A DNA stretch of 64,000 nucleotides, from contig JAUZTB010000127.1 in assembly GCA_034780895.1 (NCBI GenBank), positions 74,045,139 through 74,109,138 on the forward strand. Reading direction: 5' to 3'. Numbering within the stretch: the first letter of the stretch is position 1; each line of letters begins with the position of its first letter. The notes beneath the pieces are model-generated. The model had not been told where the DNA came from, made no database searches, and saw only the letters and a list, made by a program, of their open reading frames with translations. Below are positions 24,360-37,779 of the stretch, piece after piece. A program made the translations under genes and the position numbers. This DNA comes from Rhynchobatus australiae. Taxonomy: Eukaryota.

Positions 24360-24950
24360 TTGGTATTGGTTATTATTGTCACTTGTACCGAGGTACAGTG
24401 AAAAGCTTGTCTTACAAATCAGTACAGGTCAATTCATTACACAGTTCAGTTACATTGAGTTAATACAGAGTGCATTGATGCAGTGCAGGTAAAAACAATA
24501 ACAGTACAGAGTAAAGTGCAGTGCAATAAGATGCAAGGTCACAACAAGGTAGATCGTGAGGTCATAGTCCAGCTCATTGTATAAGGGAACCGTTCAATAG
24601 CCTCATCACAGTGGAGTAGAAGCTGTCCTTAAGTCTGGTGGTATGTGCCCTCAGGCTCCTGTATCTTCTATCTGATAGAAGAGGAGAGGAAGAGAGAATG
24701 TCCCAGGTGGATGGGGTCTTTGATTATGCTGGCTGCTTCACCAAGACAGCGAGAGGTAAAGACAAAGTCCAAAGAGGGGAGGTTGGTGTTTGTAATGCAC
24801 TGGGCTGTGTCCACAACTCTTTGCAGTTTCTTGTGGTCCTGGGCAGAGCAGTTGCCATACCAAGCCCTGATACATCCACATAGGATGCTTTCTATGGTGC
24901 ATCTGTAAAATTTAGTGACAGTGAAAGGGGACAAACTAAATTTCTTTAGT
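24360..24950 (-). mobile_element. Rex1/Babar-type LINE 3' fragment with 6-bp TSD (TCAGTA)
   Basis: FYRCTIESILCGCIRAWYGNCSAQDHKKLQRVV; (CCAATA)n tail; TCAGTA at 24354-24359 and 24951-24956. Confidence 0.9.
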
Positions 24951-25560
24951 TCAGTACAGTTTCCATGAAGATAAAATCACTACGAGAATTTGGCTGCCTT
25001 CATGCTGTGGGCATCTGCCATCACATTGTGTAGCACTACTATTTTGCCAAATGGGATAGATTCAAAACAGATTTAGCAGCTCAAAAGAATCACCTCTGGG
25101 GACACCATGGGCCATTAACAGAGGTAGACATTTATTCCAACCTCAATATGTAATCTCTGAGCCGAATAAATTCCTCACTATACAATTACCATCAAGGCAG
25201 GTTACCAAACCTGCTTTAATGAAGTGTCTAGAAGACCATGCCAGCAGCAGCATCAGGCAGACCTAAAGAAGGTGCCAACCTCAAAGCTGAATCAAGGTAC
25301 GAACCTACAAAAGGATGGAAGCAATACTGGTAAGTGACATTTATTCACCAAATGGGACCAGCACTGTTCCCACAAGACCAAGCTGATGCAATACTTAACC
25401 CACTGCAAGAGCTGTTAAATCTTAAAACACACCACCATTTACACCTCAAGAGTACCTGCAATTATCCAACATTCCACATCAAACCTGAACACCATCAAAT
25501 AATCTGACTGGTGAAGAGAAGGACATAAATTTAACGATGCCTCAGCACTTTTGCCAGAAA
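24951..25560 (+). mobile_element. Continuation of the old CR1-group LINE
   Basis: HYYFAKWDRFKTDLAAQ and IPHYTITIKAGYQTCFNEVSRRPCQQQHQADLK, then scattered RT-region remnants. Confidence 0.7.
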
Positions 25561-26604
25561 CAGATCAAAAACTTTATATAAAATCAATTACTTTCAGATA
25601 CCTTATTTGCTATCAAATAGAAAAGTGGAATAGACATTTCTCTCTCAACGAAATCCTACAAACTCAACTGACAAGGGCAACCTGTTAATCTGTTTTATGG
25701 TGTTGGCTGAAGTGGGACCATTGACCAGCAGCATCAAAAGCTGGATAACTACATCCAAGGATAATTTCATCCAGTAATTTCCCCTTCAATATGAATGATT
25801 TAAAATCATTCAAAATCATTCCAAGCTGCAACCTTAGGTCCACGTAAACTCCTCTCCTGGAAGGTAAGGTAACTCAGTTTCATCTGCATTTATACTACGG
25901 ATTCTATTTGGTAGAGTGAACTTTACAACCATAATTTTCTGACATTTAATGGATACGTCAGTGGTCTTGCTACTTTAAATGTGATCAGGAAGAGGATTCA
26001 GACCATCCATTCTTCCTCTTCCCTTTGCACTCATCTCTCTGCTTCCCACCCAAGCACTTCATGCCCATTTCTACAGAAGCAACACAAATTCTAAGTTAGC
26101 CTTTGTTTTTAAAAAGCCTGCCTTTAAAGGAGCTGACCATCNNNNNNNNNNNNNNNNNNNNNNNNNNNNNNNNNNNNNNNNNNNNNNNNNNNNNNNNNNN
26201 NNNNNNNNNNNNNNNNNNNNNNNNNNNNNNNNNNNNNNNNNGACCATCATGGGATCTATACAACCGCAAGACATATCTACATTATATATTACGATCACTA
26301 CCTTCTACAAAACCAGGGCAAAGCGATTTCTGTAGAATCCTATGCAAGTTAAACATGCAAAGGAAAGCAACTCAAATGCCTTCATATCATTTGCTTTCCT
26401 AGAGTCAGCCATTTCATTTTTATTAAATCTGCAGAAGACCTGGCAGTGCTGGATGCCTTCTTTGAGGAGGCATTTATTATACCCAGATTAGTTGGATGAT
26501 AATAGTAGAAAATGTAGCTTAGTATCACTCATTCATTCTTATTTCCCAGCTTACAGGTGAAAGTTGCACTGGGCTAAGTCAGTGCCTTCTCAGATGGAAC
26601 TGGA

Positions 26605-26770
26605 AAATTGTCAATGGTACTGAGGTACAGTGAAAAGCTTGTTTTGCATACTGTTCATAGATCAATTTATTACACAGTGCATTGAGGTAGCACAAGGTAA
26701 AACAATACAGAATGCAGAGTAAATTATCACAGCTACAGAGAAAGTGCAGTGCAGGTAGACAAGATGGTAA
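26605..26770 (-). mobile_element. Rex1/Babar 3' UTR fragment
   Basis: Aligns with 24375-24540 (GAGGTACAGTGAAAAGCTTG). Confidence 0.8.
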
Positions 26771-27699
26771 AAGATTCCACAGCATTAAATACAGACATGG
26801 GAAATTCTCCTCCTAACATTCACCCCTCAATCAATTCTGCTAAGAATGGATTATTTGGTCACTTCCCTCATGGACTTTGAGTACAAACTCTGCCACATTT
26901 CCCTACATTGCAATTCAGTTGCATTTCAAAACTGCTGGATGCCTTTGGGACAAGCAAAGGTTGAGAAAGGTGCCATGCAAGTGCACACTATTTGTTATCC
27001 AGCAATGCACGGACTTCCCAAGAAATTACAATATCTGGCAAACTAATATTGAACTGGGCCAGTAATTAGGTAGAAGTTAAGTTCAAAGCAAGACTTTTCC
27101 TCAAAGATTCCTGAGTATATTCTGTCCAAATATTGTGTTTTATCTCCATTCTAGCTTATAAACTGAAACATTCACATCAGGAGAGCTATAGCAACTGAAA
27201 GCAAGATGACACCTTCTCATATGCTTCTCTGCCTATGTGAGGAATTCACTCCCAGTATTATGTCCCAATCAGGTTTCCATGAATTCAAGATGTAAAAGAT
27301 GTTTTTGTGTATCAGGATCCTTGCAGAGAGCAGAGAGAAGTCTTTGGGCTTGACATTAATCAAGCTTTTCTATTAACTTTTCACATGTCATTTTTTCAAT
27401 TATTTTTTTCCCTCCCTGCCCTGAAGGTGCTGATTCTTTGTTGGGTAAATTCCACTAGTGACCACAAATACATCAAATTTGCATAACAACTTCAAAAACT
27501 TAATTGCAAGCATGTGATATTTAAACATGACTAGTTCAGTAGAAATGCAAGTATTATTTACTAATTTTCATGTCTAGACAGAGATAAAATTGTTGGCCAG
27601 CACTATCATGAAACATTGCATGCAAGACATATCAAATAGGGGTCACTGGATGGGGATTGGGAGCCCAATTTTTCTCTTCTTTAAAGCAAGGCTCTGCAG

Positions 27700-28030
27700 C
27701 TAGAAAGGTAGAGTAGGGGAAGGAGAGAGATATTGGGAAGAAAGAAAGAAAAGAGGTCCAATAAACAGGCATAACAGAAAGATTGCAGGAGTACAGAAGA
27801 TTAAACATGTTGTAGAGTTGTGTAGAAATACACAGAGGAGAAAAGTGTACAAGAGGAAAAGAGAGAGGTACCCAAGAGATAATATGCAAGACAACAAAAG
27901 AAAAGTCAGAGAGCATCGGGGAGTATACACAACAAAAAACACATGCACGAGGGAAAAAGTGTCTAAGTTAGAAAACATGCAAGAACAAGCAAGATGGAAA
28001 AAGAGAATGTGCGAAAAAGTGAGATCAATG
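27700..28030 (+). repeat. Purine-rich (GA) low-complexity tract
   Basis: Composition. Confidence 0.65.
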
Positions 28031-28814
28031 CTCACAAAACCTCTAAACAACATGGAGCAAACTGAAATATAAAATGATTTGAATATCGAATGTTTTGAAA
28101 GGATGTGTGTTTCATACTGTAAAACTCAACCAACCACTTATCAAGCTGAAATCCAATCTGTTAATGCAACAATGATTAGCGTGTGTTACATACACTTATC
28201 CGTGCAGGAGTGCAGCAGAGCAGCAGCTTCTCCAATTGATAAAAGGTTTTTGAGAGCCAGACAATTGAATAACTGTCAACCCCTTCATACCAACGGTGGT
28301 TGAGAAGTCACAGACAGGAAAACATTTATTCCTTCTCCATCTCTTCAGGGGAAACAGAAATATGCAGGGGGAAATCAGTCCTTTAGAAAACTGCCACTTG
28401 CTTGTTCCTGATACAGCAATGGGCTCTCTTTATATCCCAGTTCTCCCTTTTCCCAAGAAATTAATTAGGCTTTAGTTTCTCAGGTGACTAACAGTCCCAA
28501 GTGCCTCACAAGTGTGCCAACTATTTGGGGATTGACAAGTGTTCCAGAAAATAAATGAGTGAGCAGAGTTTTAGATAGAAGAGACTATTCACGACATAAA
28601 AGAAAGTCAACTCTGGATGAAGGAAGGTTTTCCTTCAATTTCTTTTGCCATCAATTATTTTCCCTTTTCAATGGTGTGCAGTCACAACTCTGAAAAGGTC
28701 CACTTTACCAGCGATGCTAGCACATTGCTCTAGGAAGGAGGGCATAATTGGAAACAATGTGTTCTCTTATCTCTAGACATTTTGGTTTAAATGTTTACTA
28801 ATACAAGGAAAGAT

Positions 28815-29165
28815 TGTTCGTTTATTACTTCATGGGGTATAGGTTTCACTGTCAAGGACAGCTTTTATTGTGCATCCTTACCCTTAAATTGAGTGAATTG
28901 CTGGGCCTTTTCAGAGGGAAGTTAAGAATCAACCACATTCCTGTGGCTCTGAAGTGATATTAAGGCCAGACTGCCAAAAGATGGCTGTTTTAGTTAAAAG
29001 ATATTAGCAAACTAGAATGGGTTTTTACAATGATCTAACTGCATTCATGGTCTCTATTACTGATTATCTATTAACAATTTAAATTCCCTTGAGGCATTGG
29101 TGGAATGTGAACTCATAACTCTGGACTACTAAATGAGATTGTATTACTAGGCTAGCAATTATATT
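28815..29165 (-). mobile_element. tRNA-headed SINE, same family as 7850-8198
   Basis: Colinear similarity (TTTTCAGAGGG..GTTAAGAATCAACCACATT; GGTGGAATGTGAACTCA). Confidence 0.75.
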
Positions 29166-32100
29166 TATGTAGACTACAAGGTACTGAACTTTAATGACTA
29201 AGATCTTGTGCAAGTTTATGATCTGTAAATCTTTGCTAAAAGCACATGGTATTTGTACAAAAGAAATGGGTGAAAATACGATCAGCAAAATGCCAGTCTC
29301 AATCACGGAACATTAGCCATCTAGCCCATGTCTGTATATGGTGCCTTTGGGTGAGCTATCAAGCCAACAAGTACTTCACCACCAAAAAGGGGTTTCAAGA
29401 GTAGAGCAGAGAAACTTATAAGAATGAGGAAGTCAAACAAAATTAAATCAGCCTGGTATTTATCAGCAATATAGCACAACACCCTCCAGCTCATTAATTG
29501 ATGCATTTTTAAAACATTAAAAAAAAGTTTGTTCCCATCACACATTACTGGAATCTAAANNNNNNNNNNNNNNNNNNNNNNNNNNNNNNNNNNNNNNNNN
29601 NNNNNNNNNNNNNNNCCAGTGATTGTCACAATCTCAACTAAAATATTGGGATGAAATTATTTTTAAAAATAGAGGGTCATGGTGAACCGCTGGTATTATG
29701 TGGTGCTTTAAGGAGCACAAGGAAGCTAGATAATTCAGAGTCCAAGAGACTGATAAATCACAAAACACATGGCCAAGAAGCAACTCTCATTGCAATTCTC
29801 CACGCCTTTCTTTCATTCCAATATTAACTTCTGTTGAATTGCAGTTTCACAAGCCCCAGATTTCATACACCAATAGATCACCCAGTGCCCAAATCTACCA
29901 AGAGCATCAACAGATTATCTGATCACATAATTACAGCAACTGAGTCCTATCTTATCCCATTTATGGATGTCGATGAAGACATTTCACAACCAGGGTGAAT
30001 AGATACTAACTGGATTTAGGAACCCTCATGATTTTTAATCTTCCTTTACCAAGACCAAGCATGTGAAATGCATCAACTAACAGACTGTACTCATTTTACA
30101 TGACTTACAGCTTCCTGTATGATACACATTGGTAGACTGCCTTCTCACAGGGGTCTCATTTTGTTTTTTTTTAAACTTCAAACTATTATCATACTTTTGC
30201 TGTCTTTCATTCTCTAAAAATATATCTCCTCATCCTCCTTGTATTTTTTTTGTGCAAAACACCAGACCAAATCAGACAATTTTATTATCACAGTAGAGCC
30301 ACCTTAAACACTACTTCCCAAGATACCCTGGNNNNNNNCCCCCCCCCCCCCCCCCCCCGGAAACAATCAGCTTCCCAATGAAAAATGAAAGTCCCACTGC
30401 AGAAACTGCACAGAGTCCATTGGATGCCTTTGGAAACATGGCTGATTAAAGTTTCCTTGAATTTTTCCCCTCACCTCATAAATTCTGTGATAATTAATTG
30501 ATTCAGATCTTCTCCAATTCACTTTGCCCATACATAGAGGATAGCCATATGGTAGAGATACATCAGTCATGGATAATTGAAGTCACAGTATGCAACAGTG
30601 GTTAGGTCAAAAAATAGTTTGGATCATGATAGGAACATGTCATAATAGACTGGCTTTGAAGACACTTGACATTTATTGGTGATTCAGTAGTAATGCCCCT
30701 GTATTGATAACTCCTTCAAAAGTGTGAGAGACTTATGAATGTATCCCTGCAGGCACAATAAGCAAAGAGCTACAACCTATTCTGAACTCTCAAGAACTTC
30801 AACCTGATCACTATATACACCCTGCCTAATGGCTGCAGGAAATCAAACCAGCTTCAAACTACAAAAATAAAACAATATCATTTAGATTGTGGGAAACTGT
30901 GACAAAGACAGCAAGCAACAAAGCAGGGATTCAGAGCTGAAACCAGAGCCATTACGCCCTATAGCACAATCTCTCAAATATCTTTCGTGCCTTTTTTGAA
31001 AGGAAGAACAAAGAATTGGCAGCTTTCTTCATCCCATGTTTTAATACTTTTTCTTAAACGGCAATTATTTCCTTCAAGACAACACATGTGCTTTCTCCAA
31101 TTGCTGTTTCTGTTCCTTTCAATAGCTCCAAATGGTCTGAACCTTTAACAAAAATACAGCTCACGAGTCAATCACCTGTCAAGGTTGTAAAAGGTAGATC
31201 CTGGGTAATGGCAAGAAATACATCAACGTCCAATGGCACCAGTGAACTCTCTCAGCTCAGGTTTCATGCTGGGATAGAAATGCGTCAGGTGAAATCCCCA
31301 ATTTTCTATATCTGCCTTAGCAATATTTTGCATACACAGATGAGAGTCAGTTAGGAAGTTAGGAAAAGACTTTATGATAATGCCCCATAGTGTTGAATGA
31401 ATGCTCTACTTGAAGTTACTATCTGGATTCACACATTCAGAATGGCCACTTGGGTGAGGTGGTAGGAGCTGGTACCTGCAGAAGGACTGCCACTTCCAGG
31501 TAAAGCAAAGACTAGATGGAAGCTGTGTAATATGTGTGCATGTGGCCGAGAGGAAAGTTTATGTCAGAGTGAGGCCTCTGTGGAATTAAATTACCAAACG
31601 ATGAAAGATGCTACATTTTCGATAATTTTCCAAAGTGCACAGCCAACAAAATTGTCGGGCAAAGAGTAAGAACATTTGAAACAGGGTTCAACTCACCAAC
31701 TCTGCCTTTTGAGTTGTGCACTGTTACCTCCAATATATCCCCTTTCCTCACCATTTGACTGCTTAACATGGCAGTGACATCGATATTCTCAACACCTTCA
31801 AACTGGTCTCACTGCAGCTCCCAGCCATAACTCCTACCCAATGCCAGGCTGAGAACAGGAATTTCTGATTTACCAGACATCCAAAGCACATTCCTGCCGT
31901 GTGAACCACACCAATTTACAGCCAGGACTGAACAAAGTGGCAATGATTTACTGGGCAGATCTGCTGATGCAAAGCAGCTGGTGGATCACTTATTCCTGTG
32001 AGAGCAATAAAAGGCCTACAGATTCTTGGCCTGTCTATGCCAGTGTTGCACATTTGCGCTAGCCAAGGAATGGAAGATGGGATGGAAAATAGTTTCCAAC

Positions 32101-32955
32101 TCCAGACTTGTGAATTTTTCTCGAATACACAAGTCATATTGCTGCTGCCAGTCCTAAGAAACACAGAAGTGTCAAAAGGCACTTCAACATAAATGACTGT
32201 TACTGATATCAGACAGTAGGAGAACTACAATATCAGCTGCTCTTCTAATTGCAAGAGCCCAGCCTACTGAAACCTGACATCACCATATGTCCATTAATGC
32301 GTGGCTCTATAAATCATTGTAGGATTAAGACAAGTCAAAAAAAAAATCAAGCCAGTCAAGTGTGCCTGCGCTTATAGGGCAATTGGTTCCAACAATATTC
32401 ATTCCCTGGGCCTCTGGAATCTGTCCAAGTGACATTATAAAGTAAATGGAAGATCAGGACATTTGAATTCATAGGGCTCTGAAGTTTCTCTCTCTAGTAT
32501 TTCCCATTTCTTTCTTAGATGCGTCCTGACCAAGGGAGCATTTGTTTCCTGTTCTTATTTCCAGAATCCACAGCATTCTACTTTTGTGTTACAAGATTCA
32601 CTCTCCTGGTACAAAAATGAGGAAGGTAAACAAAAAGTCAGTGTCTTAAGGGCACAATCCCTGAAAGCTCAGGTGGCAATTATCTCCAGGGATTGGAGTA
32701 GAGAACTGAGATCACTCCAAACAGCAGGTGCACTTACGTTTTGGTTCAACAAGAAAATCTACNNNNNNNNNNNNNNNNNNNNNNNNNNNNNNNNNNNNNN
32801 NNNNNNNNNNNNNNNNNNNNNNNNNNNNNNNNNNNNNNNNNNNNNNNNNNNNNNNNNNNNNNNNNNNNNNNNNNNNNNNNNNNNNNNNNNNNNNNNNNNN
32901 NNNNNNNNNNNNNNNNNNNNNNNNNNNNNNNNNNNNNNNNNNNNNNNNNNNNNNT

Positions 32956-33365
32956 TGCCTTACTAAATGTATATGTTCTTTGAAGAAGAATGAGGGGTGA
33001 TCTTTTGAAGCCTACAAGATCCTTCAGCGGCATGACAGGATAGACGGTGATGTGTTTCCACTATCGGGAGAATCTCAAACGAGGGCACATGGATACAAGA
33101 TCACAGGACAGTCATTTAAGACAGAGTTGTGCAGTAACTTCTTGCCGAGAGTGTTGAATCTATGGATTTCTCCACCCTAGAAGGTTGTGGAGACTGGATC
33201 AGAGGGGCTATTAAAGAACAAGTAGACAATTTTTCAAAAGATCAGAGAACAGAGGGGAACTTGCATTGAAATTTCATGGCTTCTTCAATCAGCTCACCCA
33301 TCATCATATTGAATGGTGGGGTAGGCTGGAGAAGCCGAGTGGCCGGCTGTGGTTCCTATTTTCTT
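32956..33365 (+). mobile_element. CR1 3' end
   Basis: RRMRGDLLKPTR-like ORF2 terminus and 3' UTR ending CCTATTTTCTT. Confidence 0.75.
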
Positions 33366-33674
33366 AGGTTTTTAAAGCAGTGATTATGACTCTGTGCACC
33401 TTTAAGAACTCATTTATACCTCCTGTATCGATGTACAATACCTTCTTGACAGTGGGAGATGCAGCGGCAGCACAAATGTACACCACCATAATCTGTAATC
33501 TCACTGTCCAACACATTTTCATTCTGTTATTAAAATCAAGACAGATTAACCCTGATTCAATGAGTGTATGAAAAGTAGTGGGGAATTAAACACCTAACAG
33601 AAGGAGAGGCCTTTAGTCAGACCACACTGCTTCCATTTGTTTACAACACTGGCATCTACCTCATAATGAGGAAT

Positions 33675-34450
33675 ATTGTCCAGGTTTGTCTAATTCTCAA
33701 AAGGCAGGCCAAATCCAATCTGTCTAATTACTGCCCAGTCAGTATACTCTCAATCATCAGTGAAGTGAGGAAAGGTGTCATTGACAGTGCTCTCAAGCTG
33801 TACTTGCCAATAACTTCATCACAATGAAAATCTTAAAATAAATGCTGGAATGTGTAAAAAAAATGCTACAAACACTCAACATGTCAGGCAGCATCTGTGG
33901 AGAGAGAAATAGAATTAACATGCATTCTGTGGCGAGTGCTCAACCCTTTTCTCCCTGAAGTCTTCCCATGGTCCACAAGTAACAAGTCAGGTCTGTGAAT
34001 TAATAATCTCTGCTTGCCTGGATGAGCACAGCTCCAACACTCCAACAACACCAAAGGAGCTCAATACCATCCAGGACAAAGCAGCCTGCTTGATTAGCAC
34101 TTCACACACTACAAATTCATTCTCTCCACCACCAGTGCATCTTGGCTGCAGGGTGTACCATCTACCAAATGTACTTAAGCAACTCAGCAAGGCTTCTCTG
34201 GGAGCATTTCCCAAACTCACAATGTCAACCACCAAGGAAAAGGGCTTCAGGAACACGACTGCCTGCAAGTTCTCTTCCAGGTCGAAAACATCCCGACTTG
34301 GAAATACATTTTCATTTTTTCATCACTGCTGGGTCTAAATCCTAGAACTTTCCAATCAAAAGAATGTGGGAGCACTTTCATCAAAAGTACTGCAGTGATT
34401 AAAGGTGGTGGCCAAAAATGCTGAAGAGTCCAGGATGGGGTCAATAAATC
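33675..34450 (+). mobile_element. CR1-group LINE RT and 3' fragments interrupted by a Penelope end (33840-33925, minus)
   Basis: KRQAKSNLSNYCPVSILSIISEV (NYRPISL motif); SACLDE..PKELNTIQDKAACLI; 3' UTR. Confidence 0.75.
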
Positions 34451-35620
34451 ATTATTTGTAAAATAGAGCCTTGATTCTATCAGTTAAGTTTTGTAAAAAC
34501 TNNNNNNNNNNCCACAGATTCATAAATCATTTTTCCCCCCAGCATTCAACACAATTACAAACTCTTGGGGTGAAATTGTATCATTCCAGAAATTCAGATG
34601 ATCACAAATCACAATGGTGGTTCTGATACAACTGTCATGTCAGAAGTACATCAGTGATACAACACCCTATGCAACTCTCCTTTTGTAGTAATGCTCAGAA
34701 AATTAATGCACATTGTTCCAAACTGAGTCCACTGTACATCACTGGCATTCCTGGGACAACTAAAGTTTAATAATGCTCTTACAGGCTGAGCCCTACTCAA
34801 GTAAAGTTCCATTATTTAACTTACCTCCTTTGATTCACTTTCCACCCATGGACCCACAGGTTTCACCCTTGGTGGAGCCAGACTGGACCTGCTTCCCAAA
34901 TCCATCATCTCACCAATGCCTTCCATGCAACAACATTGCTCTCCAGTCAACTACCACCATCCACTTCCCTGTACACGGTGAGGGTAACCATTAATGCCCT
35001 TCACCATACATCCCAATTGTCCCTTAACATCTCTCCCCCAAATTTTCATTTTCTCTCTCCAATGTGAGGAAGCAAGCTTCGAGCATGTCTGGAGTTTGTT
35101 ACAGTGATCTCTTGATTGTGACAGTTGTCGGCACACCAAACCACCTCCCTACCATGGCTTTCAAAGGCACATAATTTCTTTGCCATAACTGAAGTCAGGC
35201 ACAATTTTTCCAGTTCTGCAAATGATCTCAGGAATGAAACAAGTTGGATGCTGCAGCGAGCTGGCAAACACAAATGCTAATTGAGAGGACCACGAGTCAA
35301 ACTTACTGTTTTGTTTGGCGATTATGTCTGGAATTCTGCAAGCTGAATCATTCTAACCATGCATCACTCAGCTGGTCCCAGATGCACGAGATCAGGGGTC
35401 CCCAAAGTTCACAAGGCCATGTCTAAGATACTCATTGATCAGTTCAACATGGTGTCCATTGGGAGTGCTGGGTGTGGGGTAGATTCCATGAAAGGTCAAC
35501 AACTCTAATCTGACATTTCAAAAGGAACAGCTGGCCCTCTGAAGTGCAGCAAACACAACTCATTTCCGGTAGTTGTCCAAGGACTAGTTCTTTTATTTAT
35601 TTTCACTTCTGTCCTCCCCA

Positions 35621-35915
35621 ATCCACTGTGGATGGCTCCAGTTGGAGAGGATCCAAATGTTACTAGTGAGCTGCCATTGGCAAGGAACTGGGAGAGCAGC
35701 TGCTGAATTCAAAGCTGTTTGTGTCTTCCAGATAGGCAGCTCTATTATCCTCCAGTTGTCTCCTGGACCAGTCCTTCATGGAGTAATGATCGCAAGGAGC
35801 ACAGTCCAAATTACAGGAAACAAAGTGCAAGGCCCAGTAATTAAAAAGAAACCAGCCAATGGCAGCTCACAAGTAACATCTGAATCCTCTCCAACTGGAG
35901 CCATCCACAGTGGAT
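35621..35915. repeat. 295-bp element with 61-bp inverted repeats (35621-35681 and 35855-35915)
   Basis: Arms match at 58 of 61 positions by manual comparison. Confidence 0.95.
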
Positions 35916-37779
35916 CAGGGATCCAAGTCAATGAAGTAACCAAGTGTCATTAGTCTGACAACATACAGGAAGCAAACAAGTCAGGAAAAAAAGTGGAGGA
36001 GATCCAATAGCATACATTCTTTGTCTGTGGGTGATAATCTTAAATTGACACCTGCAAATCAGGCTGGGCATTTCTTACCTGACCCACACAAAGAAACAGT
36101 CAGAAAGAATATTTTAAAACCATTTGTGTGTTGCATTGAACCATTTTCAAATTACATGCATCATGAAGCCAACTACTACTGGACAANNNNNNNNNNNNNN
36201 NNNNNNNNNNNNNNNNNNNNNNNNNNNNNNNNNNNNNNNNNNNNNNNNNNNNNNNNNNNNNNNNNNNNNNNNNNNNNNNNNNNNNNGACAACAAATCTTC
36301 CAGAATACACCACAATCACAGGTTTGGATGATCAGGTAGAAACAAACTTTCCTGCTTCTGCCCTGATTGAATCTGGCAAGTTAATTCCATGGGCTACAGC
36401 TGGCTGCATGAAGCTAGTATCTAGAGATTAAACAAAAGCATTGATTTTAGTGCAACACAAAAGCATCTTTAAAAATGTTACAATACAAGCAAGCTACAAT
36501 TTCTAAGAAAATACAGAGTATAAATAGAAGTTATGGTTTTAAACAGGACGAAGCTTTGTGTCAGTCACAGAACACTATGCTACTAGTGCTGGCCAAGTCC
36601 CAGCAAAGACACAAAGCAAAATGCTGCTGTGGATTATACTCGCAGCCAAAACACTACAATTAAAATTAAGTTCCATTGTCAACACTGATCCATCAAATGT
36701 CTGTGTATTCTCCAGTTGCAAAATGTCAATATATCTAAATTCACCATTAGTGCCAGCATTCTCCTGGGGTTCAGATGCATCATATGTAGTATTACATCCC
36801 ACACATCTCTTAAGTGTGAGGACTAACATCAGATGAACAAACAAATCTTGCTCATAAAAACTACATTGGATTCTTTATATCCCAAGAGGAGTTTATGGCT
36901 GAAGGCGTCAACAGGCTTAGTTAGTATATTAGCACCATTAAAAATAATCACAGCATTCTGCTTTCTGTGTGACACTTCATTCATCACCTGAAACTACTTC
37001 AACTTCTAGTGACAGTACTGTAACCATCAATACTTCACCCCAGTGCTATATAGCTTAAAATGTTCTCTATAAACATGTGCTAAGTATAGAAGGAGGCAAC
37101 TGATAATTGTACTGTTGGGTTTTCACTCCTAGTTCAAGTGAATAAAGAAAGAAAATTTCACACATGGACCAGTGACAGTCTGTAGCAGTAAATCAGCCTC
37201 CAGCCATGGTGACAAGTACCTCAGAAACTTCCTTCTCTCATCCTATATATTTGAAGAACTAATATGGAATTGATCTGTGACAGAACTTGTTCTCTCTTAA
37301 CTCCTTCATTCCCTGCCACATTGTGCCGTCTCCCTTGATAATTGCCAAAAAGAAGCACATTGTTAAGGAATGCACTGCCCCATTTTTAATTCATTTAGAA
37401 GTACATAAAACTGTACTGAGCATAAAAACAGCACAAAATGATCTCACCACAATTGACCCTAACACAGAATTATTACTGCCCTGGGTAAAGTACAGAAACA
37501 GACATTTCCTGTATTGGACATGGCCCAAAAATGTGTCCCTGGTCACATACATCATGATGGTCTCTTTCTGCAGAACCCATACAATAATCACAGTAATTGG
37601 CTTCCTTTTTCAAAGCATCTAATCAGTCTACACATTCAAGTGAATGCTTGAGCCGATCCTTTCTTCCCCTGTGCATATGNNNNNNNNNNNNNNNNNNNNN
37701 NNNNNNNNNNNNNNNNNNNNNNNNNNNNNNNNNNNNNNNNNNNNNNNNNNNNNNNNNNNNNNNNNNNNNNNNNNNNNNN

